NCBI GenBank assembly: GCA_021296135.1
Contig: JAGWAZ010000002.1
Location: 1,060 to 65,059, forward strand
Reading direction: 5' to 3'
DNA: 64,000 nucleotides
DNA from: Chlorobiota bacterium
GTDB lineage: Bacteria; Bacteroidota; Ignavibacteria; OLB7
Shown here in pieces: positions 20,601-28,123 of the stretch. Within the stretch, counting starts at the first letter, position 1, and every line of letters begins with the position of its first letter. The notes below the pieces were generated by a model. It saw only the letters and a program-made list of their open reading frames with translations. It made no database searches and was not told the origin of the DNA. A program made the translations under genes and the position numbers.

Positions 20601-22426
20601 ATACTAACATACAGATAGGGGATCTGGAACTTGATATTGACTATCGGGATCAGAATCTTACTGGAAAGGTTCGTATCCTGCGTCCTCTTACAATCGATGC
20701 TCTTTCCAATGTCTCCCTGGCGACAGTGAAGATAGAGTCGTTCCCCATCGATCTGGCAATGGCCTCGCGAGATGAGCGGATTATTACCGGAAAACCTGTT
20801 CTGATTACGGCCCAGACCAAGGAATTGCCACTCGCAATTGTTGGACCGTTTACTCCAAGCCTTGTTATCCAAAGGGGGACTGCCAACCTGGACTTTACCC
20901 TGAAAGGCAGCTATCCAAGGCTGACCTATTCGGGTAATGGGAGAATCAATGATGGTATAATGACAGTGGAGACAACAAACATCTCCTACATAGCCAACGG
21001 GAAGTTTGAATTCCGTGAGAACAGAGTTGACATTACAGGTGTTGTTCTGAACAATCTTCCCAGCGATTATCCGAGGGGAGTGGCACGAGCAAATGGTAGC
21101 ATCCGTTTTGATGGATTTATCCCTGAACTGTTTGATGTTAACATCCGTACGGGAGATGAAGGTCTTCTTGTCCTGAGTGATGCAACACAGACTGTAAACG
21201 ATGCTTACTACGGTGACCTTGTGGTAGCAACCCAAGAGAATATCCTTCACTTTGGTGGGTCGTATGCTGAACCAACCTTGACCGGCGAAATCGTGGTTCT
21301 CAACAGCAGCCTGAAGTATCCCTATCGGGAAACGTCTGCTGCATTCGTTGATCACGTTGAGTTCACTGAATATGATGAATGGGTATCTCAAAGAGAAAAA
21401 CAGTACGGACCAATTCTCTCTGATGAGCAACTCAAAGAGAATGAAATAAAGGCTCCCGATGAATTGAAAGGAGCAGATGCAGATTCGATCCAGCCGGATG
21501 GACTTGCAAAGACAGTCGACCAGATGCAACGGCAGTCAGACGCCGGAATATCGAAACCGATCCCACGAGGAACCTTTGCCGACAGACTACGGACAGACCT
21601 TCGTATCTCGCTCGAGAGTGGAGCAACGATCATTGTTGAGATCGGACCGCTCCAGGAACTCCGCCTAAATCTTGTCAACGATGGATTGCCCCTTGATTTC
21701 AAGATGAAAGGACGTGATATGTCGTTGCGAGGAACAGTTCGTCTTGTTGAGGGATCGAAGTTTATCTACTTAAAGACATTCGATGCGCGAGGAACCGTCA
21801 GTTTTGAGGAGGATATAGAGAATCCCTCGTTTGATATCAGCGGTGTATGCCAAGGGCGTCACACTAGTACCAACGAATCGTTTACTGTCACTGCTCGATT
21901 GACCGGGACGCGGGAGAAACCTGAGCTCGACTTTTCCTATTCGATTGGAGGTGTTACCGCGGTTGATGATAAAGAGCGTGTGCTTGCTAATGCAAGTGCG
22001 CTTCTGTTGACCGGACGGAGAATTTCAGAGGTTGAAGGGGGAGCAATTGGAGTTCTTTTTGAGAATGCGCTCCAGGATTTTTCAAGCGCTGCTGTAAGCG
22101 TTCTGTTAGATGACATTTTCAGTGATTTTGGCGTTGATATTAACCTCGGCAACTCAGTTGATCCGGCTGAAGCAGAAGTCAACGTTGTTCGCCAGCTTAG
22201 CGAAATTCTTTTCAGATATGATGCCAAAGTCAGATCACCGGAAAGCGGTACCATTTCAATAGAAATCCCGATCTCAGTTCTGATTGATCCCATCAAATTG
22301 AACAATCTTGTCCTTGAGCTTCAGCGTGAAGTGCTTGATAAGTTTGAAAGTGGAGGGACAGGTCCCACCACTACCGAGGGAGAAGACATCTTTCGGCTTC
22401 GTATCGGTCTGAAGGAGACATGGTAA
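17687..22426 (+). CDS. tamB: TamB/AsmA-like envelope-spanning protein
   Basis: 1579 aa; N-terminal TM anchor; GNFLTGLTI, WNF and repeated beta-taco-like motifs; C-terminal LTGTREKPEL (DUF490-like). Confidence 0.75.
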   Translation: MQQKIYRAAKVLAKLGVLMIALLSFLGAFAVAMTQYSPFRKWAIDQGLDAANKALAGNLSVEEIEGNFLTGLTIKNAYLNAADTPLAVIPRISLQYHLIPFFEAKTIQASVIFHNPELYLHRDQDGIWNFTQIAQPPEEEEDKPRQPLEWIFDIQNLEIRDGVVEFNDETTLPFNSENNRLNLLGSRLYRFNLALGGWISETEQQIDVEHLSFLIDDVDLSLVELSAGIAVDDKGLHIDGLHIETERSYLELNLSIDSVDIFDSTLATSWRGYPFSVRMSGKRVDTRELITLLPSLGFLGGVIGVDLEASGVFSDILVNRVDLELERSRLTGKARLRDIDNSVRSRIDAEFTDSRLFYSDASVHIPGISIPDLSYLAEVEVEKLTYSGTSRDFVSLFDLSSAVGRIRGGGGMNFSDFPVWRVDAVVEEVNPGPLLGSDEYEGKVSARLVAEGQGFTPEAMSSRFRLIGGSSQVGPRTIERLWVDGSFGNGGILSLDTAMIAWGNETQSYIPEMIGLDPLEQLLQDQRIQPMTGSFAERLVFSEADAAVIDGLPSLRASGWYDVRESGLPKYRGAVETDRLNLADITLNPEHETELGLTLVVEGIGLEPDLMDGTARLRVTDAVLPSGVALRPFGVDVTLHRNENERHLALNSDFLDARVEGIWRFESLLPALTGGFKKLVNYISRKGTYSSDEFDFILADDFEIEPILVEYEFMPRDLSLLKAFIQGTTIQMDASLKGTITGTSQLLGITARGEINEFNYENGDQDVKFGGTTVDAEIWNISSGSMDDLLDAEIALRSDSLIYVNDLRIALPHLDLSFRDGLLTANGATMIDNTYSVALDGKIDVLDDRGYAVAMDTLIVGWSRGLKWRNIDPVRFVLADEKVDIESFRLVREGAELISITGEFLDYNRFDELRVSVTGTSLEALQPFIVDPKTLEMLETLSGSLQDLDVVVNGTLDAPKIKGHLNVDGLKYTNIQIGDLELDIDYRDQNLTGKVRILRPLTIDALSNVSLATVKIESFPIDLAMASRDERIITGKPVLITAQTKELPLAIVGPFTPSLVIQRGTANLDFTLKGSYPRLTYSGNGRINDGIMTVETTNISYIANGKFEFRENRVDITGVVLNNLPSDYPRGVARANGSIRFDGFIPELFDVNIRTGDEGLLVLSDATQTVNDAYYGDLVVATQENILHFGGSYAEPTLTGEIVVLNSSLKYPYRETSAAFVDHVEFTEYDEWVSQREKQYGPILSDEQLKENEIKAPDELKGADADSIQPDGLAKTVDQMQRQSDAGISKPIPRGTFADRLRTDLRISLESGATIIVEIGPLQELRLNLVNDGLPLDFKMKGRDMSLRGTVRLVEGSKFIYLKTFDARGTVSFEEDIENPSFDISGVCQGRHTSTNESFTVTARLTGTREKPELDFSYSIGGVTAVDDKERVLANASALLLTGRRISEVEGGAIGVLFENALQDFSSAAVSVLLDDIFSDFGVDINLGNSVDPAEAEVNVVRQLSEILFRYDAKVRSPESGTISIEIPISVLIDPIKLNNLVLELQREVLDKFESGGTGPTTTEGEDIFRLRIGLKETW

Positions 22427-22561
22427 GCCTTAACATCCTCTCTGCCTTCTCTGAAACTCGTTCATCTACTCTGTTTCGTGATCACAGTTAAGCCCTCCGT
22501 ATCTTTCCGGAGATATGAGCCGTGACGAACGGGAACGCCTTCACGAATTCAAAAAGTCTTT

Positions 22562-23695
22562 ATGAGTCTTTCAGTATATCCTGCTCGCTCATCTTCAGAG
22601 CGAAAACAGTTCATTACAATGGTCTGGGATCTGTATCAGGACGATCCAAACTGGGTTCCGCCATTGATTGCCGATCGCAAGAAGCTCCTCAACGCGGAGA
22701 AAAATCCGTTCTGGAGACATGCTGATATGGAGATGTTTCTTGCAAAACAGGACGGAAAAATTGTCGGACGAATTGCGGCTATTATCAACTGGGCGCACAA
22801 CCAGATCCATGAGGACAAAGTTGGGTTTTTTGGCTTTTTTGAGTCAGAAAACAAGGTTTCAACGGCTCATTCTCTCTTTGGAGCAGCAGCAGAATGGCTG
22901 GCCGAACGTGATATAGAGGTGATGCGTGGGCCTGTCAATCCCTCAATCAATGATGAGGTCGGGTTGCTTGTTGATGGCTTCAACGATCCACCACAAATCC
23001 TTATGAATTATAATCCGGAATATTACAGTGCTTTAATCGAATCATATGGTCTTACAAAGGTCAAAGACCTATATGCTTGGAGACTGACACCCGATTTCCT
23101 TTCCCCGAAGCTTAACCGTGTACAGGAAGCTGTCCGTAAACGTGAGAATCTGAAGGTTAGAACCTTTCGGTTCAGCCCAAAATCGGCCTTCAAAGAGGAT
23201 ATCGAGATTCTTAGAGAGATATACAACAGAGCCTGGGAACCGAATTGGGGAGCGGTAAAAATGAATCGTGACGAGTTTAATGCGCTGGCAACCGATCTAA
23301 AACAGATGGCTGCAAAGGACCTTGTGTTGCTCGTTGAAGCAAACGCTCAACCAATCGGCTTTGCTTTGGCATTACCCGATATTAATCAGGCGTTGATACG
23401 TAACAGGAAAGGGGGAATGATTGGCGCTCTCTGGCATCTTGTAACAGGAAAGAAGCGTATAAAAAGGGGAAGAATCATTGTTTTGGGGGTTGCACCTGAG
23501 TTCCAACGGCGTGGGATAGATGGGGCACTCTATTATGAAATCGGCACTCGTATGGTACATAACCATGGTTATGTCGAAGCCGAGGCTTCCTGGGTTCTGG
23601 ATGACAACGAAATGATGAATCGGGCCGCAAAGATGTTGAAAGGCGAAATCTATAAGACCTACCGTTTGTACGACAAAACAATTAAAGAGAATTAA
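22562..23695 (+). CDS. Tandem-GNAT acyltransferase, bacterial ceramide synthase (bCerS)-like
   Basis: LYQDDPNWVPPL, NPFWRHA, VGRIAAII, GFFGFFES, GLLVDGF-PP-MNYNP-YY, EASWVLDDN. Confidence 0.78.
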   Translation: MSLSVYPARSSSERKQFITMVWDLYQDDPNWVPPLIADRKKLLNAEKNPFWRHADMEMFLAKQDGKIVGRIAAIINWAHNQIHEDKVGFFGFFESENKVSTAHSLFGAAAEWLAERDIEVMRGPVNPSINDEVGLLVDGFNDPPQILMNYNPEYYSALIESYGLTKVKDLYAWRLTPDFLSPKLNRVQEAVRKRENLKVRTFRFSPKSAFKEDIEILREIYNRAWEPNWGAVKMNRDEFNALATDLKQMAAKDLVLLVEANAQPIGFALALPDINQALIRNRKGGMIGALWHLVTGKKRIKRGRIIVLGVAPEFQRRGIDGALYYEIGTRMVHNHGYVEAEASWVLDDNEMMNRAAKMLKGEIYKTYRLYDKTIKEN

Positions 23696-23793
23696 GTCTC
23701 CACATAACACGTTCGGCACACTTTTCGCCGTCATGGAGGACAATGATTGTAAGCAATAACACTCTCACGTGATTTGAGAGATTTTCTTTCGGA

Positions 23794-24789
23794 GTGGTAA
23801 GTCGAATTCGAATAATGTTGAAGGCAGATTTGAGTATTCTGTTGAAATATGCTGCAGCTCGTCGAACCCGGATATGGGCCTTGATCGTTGCTGGAGCTAT
23901 CGGAATGTTTGCTTTTTCAGCCGATATGTTGCTGACAGCCGGAGCGGCTCCAGGCACGGATGAAGAAGAGACTCCGATTACACCCGAAATATCCGTCGAT
24001 CTCGATTCGCTTTATTCGGCCAAAGCAAGTGAAGATGAAACGGCCGATAGTAGCTACGTCGAGATTCTGGAACCACGGCATACAATTGAGGGGCATGTCA
24101 GTTGGTACGGCGGCAGATTTCATGGTCGCAAGACAGCTAATGGTGAGCGATTTGACATGAACAAGATGACTGCTGCACACAAAAAGCTCCCCTTCAATAC
24201 AATTGTCCGAGTGGTAGATACCAGAACTGGCAAGGCAGTGCTCGTGCGGATCAACGATCGTGGCCCTTACATCAGAGGTCGCGTCCTCGATCTTTCGCGC
24301 GAGGCAGCTTCACGTCTTGGTATGAAAGGGCGTGGTACCACCAGTGGACGTCTCGAGATGTTTAACGATGAAGAAAGAACTCTTCAGGTTGGAGACGAAG
24401 AACACGTTCTTCGGTTTGTGACCTTTGATAGGGACGTCAATGGAGCAAAGCCTAACGGTTGGTCAGTGATGGTTATTGAGGCAGAGAGTTTTGATGAAGC
24501 TGTCAAAACACATAACGGGCTCACCGATGAGTATGACAAGGTCTTTCTGACACGAGTGATTGAAAATGGCGACACGCTCTGGAGAGTTTCAGTTGGACTC
24601 TACGATGAAGATCGCCTTTCACGTGGCCTGCATCTGGAACTTGTTGAAAACTATACCGACGCCGTAGTCATACAGTTTCAGGACGGATTTCCAGAGATAC
24701 CCGCTCTCAGCAATGATGTAGCGGTAGAAGAGCTTAGCGAGGGAGAAAGTATAGCTAGCAGTCCGTTGAAAAAGTCGGAGAGTGAGTAG
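23794..24789 (+). CDS. rlpA: Septal ring lytic transglycosylase RlpA (DPBB domain + SPOR-like C-terminus)
   Basis: SWYGGRFHGRKTANGE, TAAHKKLPF, VRINDRGPY-GRVLDLS; C-terminal WRVSVG. Start may be ATG 23815. Confidence 0.92.
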   Translation: MVSRIRIMLKADLSILLKYAAARRTRIWALIVAGAIGMFAFSADMLLTAGAAPGTDEEETPITPEISVDLDSLYSAKASEDETADSSYVEILEPRHTIEGHVSWYGGRFHGRKTANGERFDMNKMTAAHKKLPFNTIVRVVDTRTGKAVLVRINDRGPYIRGRVLDLSREAASRLGMKGRGTTSGRLEMFNDEERTLQVGDEEHVLRFVTFDRDVNGAKPNGWSVMVIEAESFDEAVKTHNGLTDEYDKVFLTRVIENGDTLWRVSVGLYDEDRLSRGLHLELVENYTDAVVIQFQDGFPEIPALSNDVAVEELSEGESIASSPLKKSESE

Positions 24790-25010
24790 AGAATGCTTAG
24801 CGTAGCGTATAGTCCCTTTACGCATATCCGACCTGCCTGCAGCAGGCAGGCGCACAGAAGGAGTCCGTTGTATGTCGATGAGCAAGCGTCGAGAAAGTCA
24901 GCAGCAGCAGATGTGGGTGCAGACACAGGACCTGCCCGAGGCGCCGGGACATCCGTTTTATACCCAACTCAATACGCTGCTGGCATCGCATCGATTTGAT
25001 GCGTTTACGC
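24759..25010 (+). mobile_element. Truncated IS remnant (IS1182/IS5-like, DUF772-type transposase N-terminus) with left end only
   Basis: CAGTCCGTTGAAAAAG end-like motif directly after CTAG. ORF from 24872 reads QQQMWVQTQDLPEAPGHPFYTQLNTLL...FDAF and then loses transposase character. Confidence 0.72.
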
Positions 25011-25191
25011 CGGGGTCACAAGATTACTCTCGATGCAATCAGGCCATTGATGGCCTTGGCCTCAATCTACAGAGTCTCTTTCGGCGAATGAGAATCAAGA
25101 AGTAAGGTGGGCAAGGGAAAGATTGTAGGCTGATCTATTCCTTCGTAGTTTAAAAGTCATCGGAATGTAGAACGTTTGAGTTTGAGTAATA

Positions 25192-25815
25192 ATGCCACGT
25201 CGATTTGTTTCCAATCGAGATGAAACTGTGCGGATGTTCCAGAATGATTTCATGGAATTTTTTTCACATATTCATCCGTCAATACCTGTTGTCGTCTTTC
25301 TGCCAATCACGGTCTGGATAATTTGGTTGGCATCGTCAGTTAATGGTTTATCAATACTCTCAATTCTTGGCCTGTTTCTGCTCGGCCTCTTCTTCTGGAC
25401 GTTTATTGAATACATATTACATCGTTTTATCTTTCACTATGAACCGAAGACCAAGATCGGTAAACGTCTTCACTTTGTGCTCCATGGCGTCCATCATGAT
25501 TACCCCCAGGACTCAACACGACTGGTGATGACTCCTACCGTCAGTTTGCCATTGGCTGCATTCTTCTACGGCGTCTTCTGGCTGGCATTCGGTTCCGAAT
25601 ATGTCAACGGGATTTTTGCCGGAATGACCTTTGGCTATATGTGCTATGATCTCATTCACTATGCGGCACACCATTTCAAGATGAACAGAGGCATTGGAAA
25701 ATGGCTGCGACAGTATCATATGCGCCATCATTATCAGAATGAAACAGCCAAATATGGAGTAAGCGTTCCACTTTGGGATTACGTCTTTGGAACAGTCGAG
25801 AAAAGGAAAAAGTGA
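25192..25815 (+). CDS. Fatty acid hydroxylase/sterol desaturase family protein, Scs7/FA2H-like, without cytochrome b5 domain
   Basis: Histidine boxes HRFIFH, HGVHH, HYAAHH, HMRHH; D-RLVM-P and YGVS--LWDYVFGT. Confidence 0.9.
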   Translation: MPRRFVSNRDETVRMFQNDFMEFFSHIHPSIPVVVFLPITVWIIWLASSVNGLSILSILGLFLLGLFFWTFIEYILHRFIFHYEPKTKIGKRLHFVLHGVHHDYPQDSTRLVMTPTVSLPLAAFFYGVFWLAFGSEYVNGIFAGMTFGYMCYDLIHYAAHHFKMNRGIGKWLRQYHMRHHYQNETAKYGVSVPLWDYVFGTVEKRKK

Positions 25816-25840
25816 GAAGTGCAAAAGAAGAAAAAGAAAA

Positions 25841-25880
25841 GGGCGCGTCGTTAATAGTAAACGATGCGCCTGTTTTTTTT
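25841..25880. terminator. Intrinsic terminator, probably bidirectional
   Basis: GGCGCGTCGTT/AACGATGCGCC stem, T-tract downstream and A-tract upstream, between convergent genes. Confidence 0.85.
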
Positions 25881-25920
25881 GACGTTCGACTCTTAACTCC
25901 CGACCCTTGACTCAGAGCCC

Positions 25921-26391
25921 TTACTTCGTCTTCCGCAACGACGTCACGATATTCCACTCCTTCTTGGTCACTGGCTGCACTGAGAGGCGAGATCCTTTCT
26001 TGGTGACTACCATCTCTTCAAGTCCTTTGGTCTCTTTAAGCTCATTAAGGGGAATCAGAGTATCGAATTTGCTCACGAACTTTACGTCGACCATCATCCA
26101 CCGAGGGTTATCGGGCGATGCTTTTGGATCGCAGTGTATATCATTCGGATCGAACTGTGTATGATCGGGATAGCCCTCTTTAATGATTTCCATGACTCCA
26201 GCAATCCCAGGTGGCTCAGCGTTTGAATGATAGAAAAAGGCAAGATCGCCCGGCTTCATATCGTCCCGCATGCTATTCCGAGCCTGGTAATTTCGCACGC
26301 CGTCCCAGAACGTAGTCCCATCTCGTTTCAGGTCATCAATTGAATAGCTTCCCGGTTCGCATTTCATGAGCCAGTATTTTCGAGTCGACAT
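25921..26391 (-). CDS. EVE domain protein (THYN1-like)
   Basis: YWLMKCEP, WDGVRNYQARN, FFYHSN, SRLSVQPV. Confidence 0.95.
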   Translation of the reverse strand: MSTRKYWLMKCEPGSYSIDDLKRDGTTFWDGVRNYQARNSMRDDMKPGDLAFFYHSNAEPPGIAGVMEIIKEGYPDHTQFDPNDIHCDPKASPDNPRWMMVDVKFVSKFDTLIPLNELKETKGLEEMVVTKKGSRLSVQPVTKKEWNIVTSLRKTK

Positions 26392-26501
26392 AGCTAGTAA
26401 AATGATAATGGATAGTGAATATTAAGACTCCAAATTTAAAACTTAGATGTGTGATGTGAGAGAGTCTGAATTATCAATCGGTTATCTTTAAACTTGTCTC
26501 T

Positions 26502-26795
26502 TGGAGTCTCTTCTATCAAGTAGAGACGTTAAAGTTATAATACTACATATTTTCTAAGTCCATCGGACTGCTCTAACCAATGCTCGAAGGCAAACGCGTG
26601 CGATTGCGGACCTGCTCAATCCAATAGCCAATCTCTGAGCCTGCATCCTCAACTGATCGGACGATGATGCGAACAAGCAACTCGACTTCCAGTTACGCGA
26701 AGAAGCTCTCACTACCGGTGGTATCCCAGCAATTTTCCCGACGATTCCTGCTTTCGTTCTACACCCCAACTCGCAAGCAGTCCGCGAAACTCCCC
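26502..26795 (-). mobile_element. Degraded IS3-family element: transposase C-terminal fragment plus probable right end
   Basis: Minus strand reads EFRGLLASWGVE /frameshift/ SRNRRENCWDTTGSESFFA*LEVELL...EIGYWIEQVRNRTRLPSSIG*SSPMDLE, resembling the IS3 integrase-core tail (GNCWDNA.AESFF...YN..R.HS.LGY.SP). A TG-initiated IR-like end starts at 26502. Confidence 0.8.
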
Positions 26796-26946
26796 AGGGC
26801 TGTCAAGTTCTGTGCTGAAAACGGGGCCTCTCTTGCCTGACCAATTTGTTTGCATCTACCATTTGGCTTCTTTATGTTTAAGGAATTCATCTGCAAAATA
26901 TCCAAAATTCTTACTTGTAAGAGCGTTGTTGAAGGAGATTTGAGCA

Positions 26947-28113
26947 GTGGCCTGGAATTCTATCATTGGACAATTGAGGGCGAAGCGAATTGTGCGGACG
27001 GCAATTTCTTCAGGGCGTGTTCCGAACGCCTGGTTGTTTACAGGTCCGGAAGGTGTTGGGAAAGATGCTATTGCAATTGAAGTTGCGAAGGCATTGCGAT
27101 GTGAGAGATTAGGGCAAAATGCTGAGCCATGTGGTACATGTCATGGATGTCTGACGGTTGCTGAATTACAAAATCCGAACGTTCAGTTTGTCTTTGCCTT
27201 GCCGTCTGGAAAAGGGGAAGATACACGCTCGGATTCACCGATGTTGAAGCTGAGCGATAACGAAATCGCGTTGATTCGTGAGGAGGTTGCGAAGAAGGCA
27301 AGGGATCCGTATCACAACATCTCGATTCCTCGGGCACAGCAGATCAAAATCTCCTCGATCAGACAGATCAAGCGGGATGTTGCTCTTTCAACGGCAGAGC
27401 TGGGAACGCGGATTGTGATTATCAGTGAGGCTCATCAGATGCGTTCAGAGGCGGCAAACGCTTTTCTGAAGACGCTCGAAGAGCCATCGCCAAAGACGGT
27501 ATTAATCTTGACGACGTCGTATCCGGAGCGGCTGCTCTCAACGATTGTCAGTCGTTGTCAGGAAGTACGATTCGATCTCCTGAACGATGAGGAGTTGGTG
27601 CTGGCATTTCAAGAAAGGAATACGGCTGATGCTACAACAGCGGCTTTGACAGCCAAGCTTGCTGGAGGAAGCTACAGCAAAGGGGTTGAGCTGCTTCAGG
27701 GTGATCTTCGTCAGGTTCGTTTTGATATTGTCTCCTTTTTACGGGGGGCTTTGAAGCGTAGTCCGGTGGCAGCACACAGAGAAATTGAACGGGTAACAAG
27801 CACCGGAGACCGAACGCATCTGGAACGGGTGCTTGGTCTGCTTGCTCTTTGGCTTCGAGATGCCTACGCGTTGCGATTGACAGGAAATGAATCGATTATC
27901 GTTAATCAGGATCAGCTTGACGACATTAAGAGTTTCAACGATAAATTTGCTTCAGCTCCGACAGAGTTAATGATCGGCCATGTAGAACGAAGTATCAAAG
28001 CAATTCGCCGAAACGTCCAACCACCGCTTGTCTTAACGGTGTTGGCAATGCAATTAGCAGATGCGTGTTTTCTTCCACAGGAAGGGCATGGATCGTCTCT
28101 CGTAATACCTTAA
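26947..28113 (+). CDS. holB: DNA polymerase III delta-prime subunit
   Basis: AWLFTGPEGVGK, C-x9-C-x2-C-x2-C zinc site, AANAFLKTLEEP, TIVSRC. Confidence 0.93.
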   Translation: MAWNSIIGQLRAKRIVRTAISSGRVPNAWLFTGPEGVGKDAIAIEVAKALRCERLGQNAEPCGTCHGCLTVAELQNPNVQFVFALPSGKGEDTRSDSPMLKLSDNEIALIREEVAKKARDPYHNISIPRAQQIKISSIRQIKRDVALSTAELGTRIVIISEAHQMRSEAANAFLKTLEEPSPKTVLILTTSYPERLLSTIVSRCQEVRFDLLNDEELVLAFQERNTADATTAALTAKLAGGSYSKGVELLQGDLRQVRFDIVSFLRGALKRSPVAAHREIERVTSTGDRTHLERVLGLLALWLRDAYALRLTGNESIIVNQDQLDDIKSFNDKFASAPTELMIGHVERSIKAIRRNVQPPLVLTVLAMQLADACFLPQEGHGSSLVIP

Positions 28114-28123
28114 TTCTTACTCT

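Noticed and set aside
20594-21529. 311-aa minus-strand ORF
   Set aside because: Entirely antisense to the TamB-like gene and has no recognisable motifs; a shadow ORF.
25921-26391. EVE protein as part of a modification-dependent restriction system
   Set aside because: Stand-alone THYN1-like form with no nuclease fusion or neighbour.
26554-26769. 71-aa minus-strand ORF in the track
   Set aside because: Wrong frame; the neighbouring interrupted frame carries the IS3 transposase signal.
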